Below, piece after piece: positions 16,004-25,462 of a stretch of DNA of 27,131 bases. The notes beneath the pieces were generated by a model that ran no database searches, had not been told where the DNA came from, and was given only the letters and a program-made list of their open reading frames with translations. A program made the position numbers and the translations under genes. Position 1 is the first letter of the stretch. Each line of letters starts with the position of its first letter. The DNA is from Vulcanimicrobiota bacterium (lineage in GTDB: Bacteria; Vulcanimicrobiota; Vulcanimicrobiia; Vulcanimicrobiales; Vulcanimicrobiaceae), in NCBI GenBank assembly GCA_003135555.1, contig PLCF01000021.1, positions 1-27,131 of the forward strand. The letters run 5' to 3'.

Positions 16004-19000
16004 GGCGCACCCTCGCGCACGTTGGGGGCGCCGACGATCGCGACGAGACGCTCGCGAACGCGGCGGTCCGCCGCGACGGCGCGCTGCACCGTCGAGCCGT
16101 TGATGTGCAGGACCAGCGGCGTCGTTCCCGGCCACTCCGACATCAGCAAGGCCAGGTCGTCGATCTGCTCGCGACGCGTGACGGTCACGTGCCAGCCCGC
16201 CGGCGGGAGCGAGCGCAGCGCCGCGTTGCGATCGAAGATCTGCACGTCGTTGACCGAAACGTTGAGCTCGAGCGGCACCTCTTCACCGGGGGTCGAGCCG
16301 CGGCGCTCGCGCAGCCGCAGCCGGCCAGTCACGACGACGATCCCGTCCTCGACGAAGCGCGACTGCAGGTCGGCGTAGCCCTTGGGGAAGACGATGCACT
16401 CGATCGCACCGGTCGTGTCTTCGACGGTCGCGAAGAGCATCTGGGTCTGGGCCTTGGTCAGGGTCCGCCGCACCGCGGTGACGAGCCCGGCGATCTTCAC
16501 CGGGCTGTCGTCCTCGAGGTCGCGCAGATCGCGTACGGCGATGGCGCCGGTGCGTGCGAGCGCTTCGGCGACGTCGGCGAGCGGGTGGCCGGAGACGAAG
16601 ATCCCCAGCGTCTCCTTCTCCCAGGCCAGCTGCTCCATCGTCGTCGGCGCCGGCTGGAAGCGCAGCGACGGTTTCATCGACGGGTGCGGTTCCTCGATCA
16701 TCCCGAACAGTGACGATTGCCCCAGCTCGCGGTCGCGCGCCTCACGCGAAGCGACCTCGAGCGCCGAGTCCAGCGCGTCGAGCTGCTGGGCGCGGTTCCC
16801 CGGCAGCCGGTCCAGCGCACCGCATTTGATCAGCGCCTCGAAGACCTTGCGGTTGACCGCCTTGAGGTCGACCCGCGCCACGAGGTCGAACAGATCCACG
16901 AACGGCCCGGCCGCGTCGCGCGTATCGAGGATCGATCGCACGCCGTTCTCGCCGACACCCTTGATCGCCGCCAGACCGAAGCGAATCTCACCGGCCACGA
17001 CGGTGAAGTCGACCAGCGACGCGTTGACGTCGGGCGGCAGGACGGCGATCCCCATCTTCTTGGCCTCGTCGATGTACTCCACGAGCTTGTCGGTCTTGTC
17101 GCGCACCGACGACATCAGCGCCGCGAAATACTGCAGCGGAAAGTTCGCCTTGAGATACGCCGTCTGGTACGCGATCCACCCGTACGCCGCGGAGTGGCAC
17201 TTGTTGAACCCGTAGCCCGCGAACGGTTCGATGAACGCGAAGATGTCTTCGGCCAGCTTGGGCGCCAGCCCGTTGGCCGCGCAGCCGTCGAGGAACTTCT
17301 TGCGATAGATGGGGATCTGTTCTTTCTTCTTCTTCCCCATCACCTGACGCAACTCGTCGGCCTGCCCCATCGAAAAACCGGCAAGGTCGCGCGCTATTCG
17401 CATAACCTGTTCCTGATAACAAGCAATCCCATATGTTTCATCGAGTATGGGCTCGAGCGCCGGGTGCAGGTAGGTCACCGGTTTGCGGCCGTGCTTGCGG
17501 TGGATGTACTCCGGGATCAACTCCATCGGGCCGGGACGATACAGCGCGACCAGCGCGATGATGTCGTCTAGGCGCGACGGCTTGAGCTCGGTGCAGACGC
17601 GCTTCATCCCGTCGGACTCGAGCTGGAACATCCCCAGCGTCTCGCCGCGCCCGATCATCTCGTAGGTCTTGGCGTCGTCGTCGGGCATCTTCGCCAGATC
17701 GAAGTCGGGCGCGACGGTGCGGCGGATCTCGTCCGACGCCGCCTTCATCACGGTGAGGTTGCGCAGCCCCAAGAAGTCCATCTTGAGCAAGCCGACGCGC
17801 TCGACGTCGCCCATCTCGTACTGCGTGTTGACGTCGCCGTCGCCGATCCGCACCAGCGGGACGTGATCGGTGAGCGGGTTTTTCGAGATCACGACACCGG
17901 CGGCGTGGGTCGAGGCGTGGCGGGCCAGCCCCTCGATCGACTTCGCCGTGTCGAGCAGCTTGCGGATCTGCGGATCGTGGTTGTAGAGGACGCCGAGCTC
18001 GGGGATCTGCTCGAGCGCCTTCTCGATCGAGAGGCCGCCGGGGCCCGACGGGATCAGCTTGGCGACGCGGTCGACGTCGGGGAGCGGCACCCCCAAGGCG
18101 CGGCCGGCGTCGCGCACCGCGGCGCGCGCCGCCATCGTTCCGAAGGTGACGATCTGGGCGACGCGGTCCTTGCCGTACTTCTCGATGACGTACTTGATGA
18201 CTTCGTCACGCCGCTCGACGCAGAAGTCGGTATCGATGTCGGGCATCGAGATCCGCTCGGGGTTGAGAAACCGCTCGAACAGCAGCTTGAACTTGATCGG
18301 ATCGAGGTCGGTGATGTGCAAGCAGTACGCGACGATCGAACCGACCGCCGAGCCGCGGCCGGGGCCGACCGGGATGTCGCGGTCGCGCGCGTACTTGATG
18401 AAGTCCCAAACGATGAGAAAGTACGACGCGTAGCCCATCTTGATGATGACGCCCAGCTCGTATTCCAGCCGCTCGCGGATCTCGGGATCGTTCTGCACGC
18501 GCTCGGCGCCGTAGCGCTCCAGCAAGCCGTGTTCGCACTGCTCGCGCAGATACTCCTCGGCCGTCGGCCCGAAGAGCGCATCCGTCTTGGGTACCGGGTA
18601 GTCCGGCAGGTAGAAGACCTTGTCGGGGATCTTGATGTCGATCCGCTTGACGATCTCGAGCGTGTTGTCGCAGGCCTCGGGGATGTCGGCGAACAGCTCG
18701 CGCATCTCTTCGGCGGACTTCACGTAGAACTGGTCGGAGAAGAACTTCATCCGGCTGGTGTCTTGCACGGTCTTACCGGTCCCGATGCAGAGCAGCACGT
18801 CGTGCGCCTGGGCGTCGCTCTGCAGGAGGTAGTGCGAGTCGTTGGTCGCTACCAAGGGGTAGCCCAGCTCGCGCGCGATGCGGATCAGGCCCTCGTTGAT
18901 GACGTCCTCTTCGGGCATCCCGTGGCGCATGATCTCGATGTAGTACCGGTCGCCGAAGATGTCGTGGAACATCTTGGCGTTGCTCTTGGCCGTCGCGTAG

Positions 19001-19443
19001 TCGTTCTTGAGCAGTGGCGCCGAGACCATCGACGACATGCAGCCCGACAGCACGATGAGCCCTTCGTTGTACTGCGCGAGCAAGTCCATGTCGATGCGCG
19101 GCTTGTAGTAGTAGCCTTCCAGGAAACCTTTCGAGATCAGCCTCGTGAGGTTCTTGTAGCCGACGTCGCTGGCCGCGAGCAGCGTGACGTGGGCCTCGTC
19201 GCGCACGGTACGGTCGAAGCGTCCGCGCGGCGCGATATAGGCCTCGCAGCCGATGATCGGCGTCAGACCGACCTTCTTCGCGGCGTCGTAGAACTCGACC
19301 GCGCCGAACATCACGCCATGGTCGGTCAGCGCGATCCCGGGCGCGCCTTCGTTCGCCGTCTTCTTGCAAAGGTGTTCGACGCGGCATGCACCGTCGAGCA
19401 GCGAGTACTCGCTGTGGACGTGCAGATGGACAAAGGAGCTCAA
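16000..19443 (-). CDS. dnaE: DNA polymerase III alpha subunit
   Basis: HLHVHSEYSLLDG PHP domain, GPGRGSAVGS, RISMPDIDTDF, HAAGVVI, GLLKMDFLGL, YQEQ, GYGFNKCH, OB fold; TTG start. Confidence 0.99.
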   Translation of the reverse strand: MSSFVHLHVHSEYSLLDGACRVEHLCKKTANEGAPGIALTDHGVMFGAVEFYDAAKKVGLTPIIGCEAYIAPRGRFDRTVRDEAHVTLLAASDVGYKNLTRLISKGFLEGYYYKPRIDMDLLAQYNEGLIVLSGCMSSMVSAPLLKNDYATAKSNAKMFHDIFGDRYYIEIMRHGMPEEDVINEGLIRIARELGYPLVATNDSHYLLQSDAQAHDVLLCIGTGKTVQDTSRMKFFSDQFYVKSAEEMRELFADIPEACDNTLEIVKRIDIKIPDKVFYLPDYPVPKTDALFGPTAEEYLREQCEHGLLERYGAERVQNDPEIRERLEYELGVIIKMGYASYFLIVWDFIKYARDRDIPVGPGRGSAVGSIVAYCLHITDLDPIKFKLLFERFLNPERISMPDIDTDFCVERRDEVIKYVIEKYGKDRVAQIVTFGTMAARAAVRDAGRALGVPLPDVDRVAKLIPSGPGGLSIEKALEQIPELGVLYNHDPQIRKLLDTAKSIEGLARHASTHAAGVVISKNPLTDHVPLVRIGDGDVNTQYEMGDVERVGLLKMDFLGLRNLTVMKAASDEIRRTVAPDFDLAKMPDDDAKTYEMIGRGETLGMFQLESDGMKRVCTELKPSRLDDIIALVALYRPGPMELIPEYIHRKHGRKPVTYLHPALEPILDETYGIACYQEQVMRIARDLAGFSMGQADELRQVMGKKKKEQIPIYRKKFLDGCAANGLAPKLAEDIFAFIEPFAGYGFNKCHSAAYGWIAYQTAYLKANFPLQYFAALMSSVRDKTDKLVEYIDEAKKMGIAVLPPDVNASLVDFTVVAGEIRFGLAAIKGVGENGVRSILDTRDAAGPFVDLFDLVARVDLKAVNRKVFEALIKCGALDRLPGNRAQQLDALDSALEVASREARDRELGQSSLFGMIEEPHPSMKPSLRFQPAPTTMEQLAWEKETLGIFVSGHPLADVAEALARTGAIAVRDLRDLEDDSPVKIAGLVTAVRRTLTKAQTQMLFATVEDTTGAIECIVFPKGYADLQSRFVEDGIVVVTGRLRLRERRGSTPGEEVPLELNVSVNDVQIFDRNAALRSLPPAGWHVTVTRREQIDDLALLMSEWPGTTPLVLHINGSTVQRAVAADRRVRERLVAIVGAPNVREGAP

Positions 19444-19552
19444 CGAAAAGTCAACCTACGACTGGAGGGGCGGGCGCGGGAATGTCCTCTGATACCTGTG
19501 AACCCGCAACGCGCCCTGCGAGCGTACCAACGCTTACCAGAACCCACCGGCT

Positions 19553-19596
19553 CCCGCAAACGCCGCGGCCGGAAGGACCGGCCGCTCGCTTGCGGG
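19553..19596 (-). terminator. Long GC-rich hairpin after the secreted hypothetical gene (possible terminator or stabiliser; no U-tract)
   Basis: Minus strand CCCGCAAGCG-A-GCGGCCGG-TCCTT-CCGGCCGC-GG-CGTTTGCGGG. Confidence 0.45.
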
Positions 19597-19613
19597 CCCC
19601 GCGCCCACTCCAG

Positions 19614-20597
19614 CTACGGCAGCAGCGACAGGTAGTCCGAGCGCAGCTCGGCCTGCAGATTTCGGCCGGCCTCGATCATCGCCGCGTCGCTCCAGGATCC
19701 GCCGGGACCGGACGTCGTCTCATCGAGGCCGGCGACGTGCAGGTACCGAGCCTCGCGACAGTCGCGGCTGTAAACGTCCGCGTGAATGGTCGCATAGGGG
19801 CCGCTCGGGGCGAACCCGTACGAGAGCGTCTCATTGCTGACCGCATACACGAAGCGATCTGCAGATGAGCACAATGCGGCGAACTCCGCATCGCTTCTCG
19901 TGCGCACGAGAGCCACGGGAATGTCCGGCACGTCGCCGCGCGGCAGCTGCAAAGTCTTCGCCACCACGTTAGCCGAGGCGAAATCGCGGAGTTGCATCCA
20001 AAGGCTCGTGACGGTCGACGGCGCGATAGGCACGAGATGGCCGGCCGTGTCGCGAGCGTGCACCGTCAGCGGCCCCGCCGCGAACACGATCTCAACAGGG
20101 ATCGCACGGCCCGCTGCTTGGACCCTGAAGCGCGACGCGGCCGTAACGTTCGGCGAAACTGCCGCCGTCGGGGCCGGCGGAATCATGGGAGAGGCCGCAA
20201 TCGGCCGCGCGAGCGTGCCCAACGTCGGTTGCACCACGTCACGATGACGGGGGCCGAAAACTGCGTGAGGCGTCCGCCTCGGTGGCGCGACAGGGGGCGC
20301 AATCATCGCCGCCACAGCCGGCAGAGCCAATGCGAGGAGCTCAACGCGGCCCCACGGACCCTTCGAGCGACCGATGCAAGCGGCCGACGCGGGACGCGGC
20401 TTCTCATGCACCGCCACCTTCTCGCCGTCACAAGTCTTTAGCCACCGTCCGTCGGGCGACAAGAATCCGGTGTAGTTAATTCCGTCTTGTGCGAGCCGGT
20501 ATACGGACCCGCCCGCCGCCGCCGCCAGAGGCGCGACCGCGAGCGCAAGCGCAAGCGACGCGGCAGCGGCGATTCGACAGCTGACATACGGCGTCAT
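19614..20597 (-). CDS. Hypothetical exported protein (signal peptide, Pro-rich linker)
   Basis: ATG 20597, 7 nt after the upstream stop, gives MTPYVSCRIAAAASLALALAVAPLAAAA; no family recognised. Confidence 0.6.
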   Translation of the reverse strand: MTPYVSCRIAAAASLALALAVAPLAAAAGGSVYRLAQDGINYTGFLSPDGRWLKTCDGEKVAVHEKPRPASAACIGRSKGPWGRVELLALALPAVAAMIAPPVAPPRRTPHAVFGPRHRDVVQPTLGTLARPIAASPMIPPAPTAAVSPNVTAASRFRVQAAGRAIPVEIVFAAGPLTVHARDTAGHLVPIAPSTVTSLWMQLRDFASANVVAKTLQLPRGDVPDIPVALVRTRSDAEFAALCSSADRFVYAVSNETLSYGFAPSGPYATIHADVYSRDCREARYLHVAGLDETTSGPGGSWSDAAMIEAGRNLQAELRSDYLSLLP

Positions 20598-20604
20598 GGC
20601 GGCG

Positions 20605-21411
20605 TCAGCACGCCGGGGTAGCCGACGGGACGGCGGAGCCCCCGGATTCCGGCGAGGGCGCGGGCGTAGGCTTGCCAATGTATTTCCCTATCAGGATTGC
20701 GGCAGTCGCAACGTAGTCGCCGGGTTGAATCGTGATGAGGTGACCTTCGTGGAGGAATCTCCCGTCTGTACACGGTTGCGTGAGGACCACCAAACCTTTT
20801 TCGCTGTGTGCGACGACACGCAGTCCCTTGGCATCATTTTCGTGCAACATGAAGTCCAGGAATGTCTCACGGTCAACCACGTGTTTGAACGTTTCGCGCG
20901 CTTTGTTGGTAAAAAAAACTCGCGTGCGAATGGCGTCGCTTTGGACGCGCAACGCGAGCACTGCATCTTGCGCTGCCGATCGGGCGGCGAGGTCGAGGAC
21001 GAGGAACACCGCCACGACGCCGAGGATCACGACGGCGTAACGCGCGTTTGTGAACCGGTTCAACATGTGCGGCCAGCGCGCGGCCGCAACGGAAGCAGCG
21101 GCGATCAAGACGAGCAACGCCGCAGCCCATACCGCATTGTCGCTCAGCACCGCGTAGGCGTAAACCGCCATTTGGGGCAGAGCCGAGTTGTCACCGGAAT
21201 CCGCAATCCCCTGAAGCGCGGTCAGAAAGTAATCGCGGTACAAGATACCGGTGAAGAACAGAAAGATCCCGATGATAGCCGCGACGTCGCGGGCCAGCGT
21301 GATCGCGTCCTTGATGTGCGTGCCTGCTTCAGGCGCGGCGCCGCCGTCCACTCCGGGCTGAGCCGCGGCCCCCGGCTTGGCTGGCGCACTGGCCTTCTCG
21401 TCGTCACCCAT
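20605..21411 (-). CDS. Hypothetical membrane protein (about 3 TM segments plus soluble C-terminal domain)
   Basis: Hydrophobic segments VAAIIGIFLFFTGILY, VWAAALLVLIAAASVAAA, YAVVILGVVAVFLVL; noticeably more A/T-ending codons than neighbouring core genes. Confidence 0.65.
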   Translation of the reverse strand: MGDDEKASAPAKPGAAAQPGVDGGAAPEAGTHIKDAITLARDVAAIIGIFLFFTGILYRDYFLTALQGIADSGDNSALPQMAVYAYAVLSDNAVWAAALLVLIAAASVAAARWPHMLNRFTNARYAVVILGVVAVFLVLDLAARSAAQDAVLALRVQSDAIRTRVFFTNKARETFKHVVDRETFLDFMLHENDAKGLRVVAHSEKGLVVLTQPCTDGRFLHEGHLITIQPGDYVATAAILIGKYIGKPTPAPSPESGGSAVPSATPAC

Positions 21412-21528
21412 CGATGCGCTCCCACCGGACGCTCGCGACTAATACTGGCCGTCTTCTTACCCAAACCGAGCAAGCCTGCCCGGACGGGCCCGGAAGCCTG
21501 GAGGCAGCGTGCGACGAAGGTGGTGCGC

Positions 21529-21553
21529 TGCGGAAAAGATTTCCGTATAGACT
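21529..21553 (+). promoter_or_regulatory. Palindromic candidate operator abutting a -10-like hexamer upstream of sdhA
   Basis: CGGAAA-AGA-TTTCCG (21531-21545) followed by TAGACT (21548-21553). Confidence 0.35.
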
Positions 21554-21597
21554 TGGTCTGAACACGACCTCGAAGGTAGAGGGGCGCAAACACACAG

Positions 21598-23280
21598 GTG
21601 ATCAAGCACGACATCGTCGTGGTCGGCGGGGGGCTGGCCGGCATGCGAGCCGCCGTCGAAGCGGCGGAACGCGGAGCCGACGTCGCGATCGTCTCCAAGA
21701 TGCATCCGGTTCGCAGCCACTCGGGGGCGGCGCAAGGCGGGATCAATGCAGCGCTAGGCAATCGCGAGGACGACTCGCCGGAGAACCACGCCTTCGACTG
21801 CGTCAAGGGCTCGGACTACCTGGGGGACCAGGACGCCATCGAAGCGATGGCCGACGACGCCCCGCGGCAGATCATCTGGCTCGAGCACCGTGGCTGCATC
21901 TTCTCCCGCATGCCCGACGGACGCATCGCGCAGCGCCCGTTCGGCGGGGCCGGCTCGGCGCGGACCTGCTACTCCGCCGACGTTACCGGGCTGGTCATTC
22001 TGCACACCCTGTGGGAGCAGCTCGAGCGCTTCGGCGTCAAGGTCTACGAGGAGTACTTCGCCACGGCCCTGTGCGTCGAAGACGGCATCGGCAGCGGGCT
22101 GGTCGCCTACAACATGCGCAACGGCGAGCTCGAGCTCGTCACCGCCAAGGCGACGATCTTCGCGACCGGCGGCCTGGGCCGGGCCTACCGCAAGACCACC
22201 AACGGCTACGCCTCGACAGCCGACGGTACGGCGATCGCCTACCGCGCCGGCATCCCGCTCATGGACATGGAGTTCGTCCAGTTTCATCCGACCTCGCTCA
22301 AAGAGAACGGCGTCCTGCTCTCCGAGGCGGCGCGCGGTGAGGGCGCCTACCTGCTCAATGCCGAGGGCGAGCGCTTCATGTTCAAGTACGCCCCGACCAA
22401 GGGCGAGCTGGCGTCGCGCGACGTGGTCAGCCGGGCGGAGTGGACCGAGATTCAGGAAGGGCGCGGCGTCGACGGCTGCGTCTTCCTCGACCTGCGCCAC
22501 CTCGGGCGCGAGAAGATCCTCGAGCGCCTGCCGCAGATCCGCGAGCTCGCGCTCGACGCCACCGGCAAGGACGCGATCGAAACGCCGATCCCGATCCTGC
22601 CCGGCATGCACTACGCGATGGGTGGGATCGAGACCGACAAGTTCGGGGCAACGCGAATCCCGGGCGTCTACGCCGCCGGCGAGTGTGCGTGCGTCTCGGT
22701 CCACGGCGCGAATCGTCTGGGCGGCAACTCGCTGCTGGAGACCATCGTCTTCGGCGCGCGTTCGGCCCGACACGCGGCCGACTACATCAAAGGCCTCGAG
22801 GTCAAACCCTCGACCAAAACGCTCCAAGCCGAGCGCGACCGGATCGACGGGATTCTGGCGCGCACCGGCGGCGAACGGCACAGCCAGGTCCGTAAGGCCG
22901 TCAACAACGCGATGAGCGATCACGCTTTCATTTTCCGCGACGACGCCAACCTGCGGGCCGGGATGGACGAGTTGCGCCAAGCGCGCGAGATGGCCCAAAC
23001 TATGACCGTGCAGGACAAGTCCAAGACGTTCAACACCGACCTCATCGGGTTGCTCGAAACGGAGTGCCTCGCCGACATCGCTCAGCCCATCGTTCTGGGC
23101 GCGATCAACCGCCAAGAGTCGCGCGGCGCGCAGGCGCGCACCGACTTCCCCGAGCGCGACGACGAGAAGTGGATGGTCCATACCCTGATGCGGTACAAGG
23201 GTCCGACGACCGACCCCGAACCCGACTACTCGCGCAAGGTCGTGACCACCAAGTGGCAGCCGACCGTCCGGAGCTATTAG
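21598..23280 (+). CDS. sdhA: Succinate dehydrogenase / fumarate reductase flavoprotein subunit
   Basis: [18 protein letters not shown] (covalent FAD His), [58 protein letters not shown]. Confidence 0.96.
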   Translation: MIKHDIVVVGGGLAGMRAAVEAAERGADVAIVSKMHPVRSHSGAAQGGINAALGNREDDSPENHAFDCVKGSDYLGDQDAIEAMADDAPRQIIWLEHRGCIFSRMPDGRIAQRPFGGAGSARTCYSADVTGLVILHTLWEQLERFGVKVYEEYFATALCVEDGIGSGLVAYNMRNGELELVTAKATIFATGGLGRAYRKTTNGYASTADGTAIAYRAGIPLMDMEFVQFHPTSLKENGVLLSEAARGEGAYLLNAEGERFMFKYAPTKGELASRDVVSRAEWTEIQEGRGVDGCVFLDLRHLGREKILERLPQIRELALDATGKDAIETPIPILPGMHYAMGGIETDKFGATRIPGVYAAGECACVSVHGANRLGGNSLLETIVFGARSARHAADYIKGLEVKPSTKTLQAERDRIDGILARTGGERHSQVRKAVNNAMSDHAFIFRDDANLRAGMDELRQAREMAQTMTVQDKSKTFNTDLIGLLETECLADIAQPIVLGAINRQESRGAQARTDFPERDDEKWMVHTLMRYKGPTTDPEPDYSRKVVTTKWQPTVRSY

Positions 23281-23284
23281 CCCC

Positions 23285-24241
23285 ATGGCCTACACCCTAG
23301 ACATCTTTCGTTTCGACCAGGGGACCGACGAGGTTCCGCATCGGGATCGCGTCGAGATCACCGAGCTGCCCGAGACGGCGACCGTCCTCGACGCGCTCGA
23401 GCACGCCAAGGCGGAGATCGACGGCTCGATCACCTTCCGCCGCTCGTGTCGCTCGGCGATCTGCGGCTCGTGCTCGATGAACATCAACGGGACGACCGGC
23501 CTGGCGTGCAAGACGCCGGTGCGCACCGTGCTGCGGTCGGACCGGTCGATCGCGATCGACCCGATGCCCAACTTCCAGCCCATGCGCGATCTGGTCGTCC
23601 ACATGGATCCGTTCTGGGACAAGTACACCCGTCTCAAACCGTACCTGCAGCCCAAGGACAAGGACGAGGATCACGCGACTGAAAGGCGTGTCTCGCCCGA
23701 GGACATGAAGAAGCTCGTCGCGGTCGCCAACTGCGTGATGTGCGCGACCTGTTATGCGCTGTGTCCGGTCGTTTCCGTCGATCCGGCGTTCGCCGGCCCG
23801 GCGGCGATCGCGTACGCCTTCCGCTTCATCGAAGACGTCCGGGATTCCAAGCGCAAGGAGCGCGCCGCGCAGATCAGCGACGACTACCTGTGGCTGTGCG
23901 CGCATTGCTACGCCTGTTCGTACTGCCCCAAACACGTCGATCCCCACGACGACATCATCGCGGTGAAGCGCGCCACGATCGAAGAGGGGATCACCGACGC
24001 CGCCGGCCCGCGCCATGCGCTGGTCGTCGCCAAGACGATCAAGGCCACCGGGATGCTCCACGAGACCGAGGTCATCCAAGGGACCGTCGGGCGCTTCAAC
24101 ATCAAGGGCCTCATCAAGGTCGCACCGCTGGGGATCCGTCTGGCGCTGGCCGGGAAGCTGCCGCCGATGTTCCTCAAACCCGTTCCGAAGGTCGATGAGA
24201 TTCGGACCATCTTCGAGACCCTGGAGGCTCCAACACTCTGA
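23285..24241 (+). CDS. sdhB: Succinate dehydrogenase / fumarate reductase iron-sulfur subunit with extended C-terminus
   Basis: SCRSAICGSC..C ([2Fe-2S]), CVMCATCYALCP, CAHCYACSYCP; 318 aa with an HdrC-like C-terminal extension. Confidence 0.93.
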   Translation: MAYTLDIFRFDQGTDEVPHRDRVEITELPETATVLDALEHAKAEIDGSITFRRSCRSAICGSCSMNINGTTGLACKTPVRTVLRSDRSIAIDPMPNFQPMRDLVVHMDPFWDKYTRLKPYLQPKDKDEDHATERRVSPEDMKKLVAVANCVMCATCYALCPVVSVDPAFAGPAAIAYAFRFIEDVRDSKRKERAAQISDDYLWLCAHCYACSYCPKHVDPHDDIIAVKRATIEEGITDAAGPRHALVVAKTIKATGMLHETEVIQGTVGRFNIKGLIKVAPLGIRLALAGKLPPMFLKPVPKVDEIRTIFETLEAPTL

Positions 24242-25191
24242 TGCCTGCAACACTGGAAAAGCCCGTCATCAAGGGCAAGTCGAAGTCGGCGCAGATGCGC
24301 AAGTACGGGTTCTTCCCGGGCTGCGTCGCCAAAGAGTCGTGCAAGGAGCTGTTCAATTCCACCATGCTCCTGGCCGACCGGCTGGGCATCGAGCTCGTCG
24401 AGCTCACCGCCGCATCGTGCTGCGGGGCATCGGTGCTCAACGACACCAACCGTGACGTCGCGCGCGTGCTCAACGCGCGGACCTACGCGCAGGCCGAGGC
24501 GCTGGGCCTCGACGACGTGATCACGATCTGCTCGACCTGCACCGGCCACATGCGCGCCGCGAACAAAGAGCTGCTCGAGAACGAAAGCCACATGGGCCAG
24601 GCCAACGCGATCCTCGGAAAGTTCGGCGCGAAGTACGAGGGCAACGTGATCGTGCGCCATCTGTTGTGGCTGCTCATCGACGACATCGGTCTGGACGAGC
24701 TGTCGAAGATGGTCGTCAACCCGCTCAACGGGCTCAAGGTCGCCGCGTTCTATGGTTGCCACATCATCCGGCCCGAGTCGGTCAACGGCTGGGAGTCGGC
24801 GCGCAACCCGCACTCGCTCGAAGACCTCATCGTCGCACTCGGCGGCGAAGCCATCGACTACGCCGGACGCACGCGCTGCTGCGGCTTCCACGTGCAGCTC
24901 GAGAAGGACGGCATCGCGCCCAACATGGTCGGCCAGAACATGCGTATGGCCAAGGACGCCGGCGCCGAGGCTGTGATCACGCCCTGCCCGCTGTGCCACC
25001 TCGCGCTCGACGGCTACCAGGCCGATTCGGTCGCGCGCTGGGGCCGCACCGATCTCCCGATCTTCCATCTGCCGCAGCTCGTCGCACTGGCGCTGGGCGT
25101 CGACCCGTCGACGCTGGGGATGAACAAGCACATCATCACGCCGGGCCTGGTGCTCCAACAGCACGACCTCGCCCCCGCCCACGTCGCCTAG
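24241..25191 (+). CDS. CCG-domain (HdrB-like) subunit; putative anchor of a type E succinate:quinone oxidoreductase
   Basis: FFPGC, SCCGA, ICSTC, FYGC, RCCGF, TPCPLCH: two CCG repeats; start overlaps the sdhB stop. Confidence 0.9.
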   Translation: MPATLEKPVIKGKSKSAQMRKYGFFPGCVAKESCKELFNSTMLLADRLGIELVELTAASCCGASVLNDTNRDVARVLNARTYAQAEALGLDDVITICSTCTGHMRAANKELLENESHMGQANAILGKFGAKYEGNVIVRHLLWLLIDDIGLDELSKMVVNPLNGLKVAAFYGCHIIRPESVNGWESARNPHSLEDLIVALGGEAIDYAGRTRCCGFHVQLEKDGIAPNMVGQNMRMAKDAGAEAVITPCPLCHLALDGYQADSVARWGRTDLPIFHLPQLVALALGVDPSTLGMNKHIITPGLVLQQHDLAPAHVA

Positions 25192-25312
25192 CGCTCGGTC
25201 CAGGACCGCTCGAACGGTAACAGCGCGGCGGTTCCCGCTGGTTACCGGTGGATGGCATCCTAGGGGCACTCCCTCGAGCCCCCGCGCTGCGCGGGATCGG
25301 ACGTTAGCGACG

Positions 25313-25462
25313 ATGGCCGGCATAATGACCTTCCCCACGATCAAGGAAGCGCTGCACGCGGGATTCCACGTGTACGACCGGACGGAGAACGGCTATCTGG
25401 TTCGCACCCGCACAGCGGGCGGTTTTGCCCTAGCGCTCGTGGTCGTGCGCCGGGGGGTCTAG
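25313..25462 (+). CDS. 49-aa small protein (not in ORF track): MAGIMTFPTIKEALHAGFHVYDRTENGYLVRTRTAGGFALALVVVRRGV
   Basis: ATG 25313 (or 25325) to TAG 25462; GC3-biased codons and globular helix plus beta-strand composition; fills an otherwise empty gap. Confidence 0.6.
   Translation: MAGIMTFPTIKEALHAGFHVYDRTENGYLVRTRTAGGFALALVVVRRGV

Noticed and set aside
17395..17440. dif-like site within the dnaE AT patch (TATTCGCATAA resembles a XerC arm)
   Set aside because: No XerD arm (TTATGTTAAAT-like) at the required 6-nt spacing.
16000..19443. Intein or split in dnaE
   Set aside because: Length (1147 aa) and motif order are normal; no insertion at the GYGFNK site.
17863..19635. 590-aa plus-strand ORF (and similar ones at 6571-7842, 21754-23286, 23908-25344)
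   Set aside because: Antisense shadows of GC3-biased genes with no recognisable motifs.
20596..21561. 321-aa plus-strand ORF opposite the membrane protein gene
   Set aside because: The minus-strand ORF has coherent TM helices and fits with its downstream partner; the plus ORF looks like its shadow.
25215..25247. Hairpin CGGTAACAGCG...CGCTGGTTACCG after the sdh operon
   Set aside because: Bulged stem with no U-tract; cannot be called a terminator or ncRNA from sequence alone.
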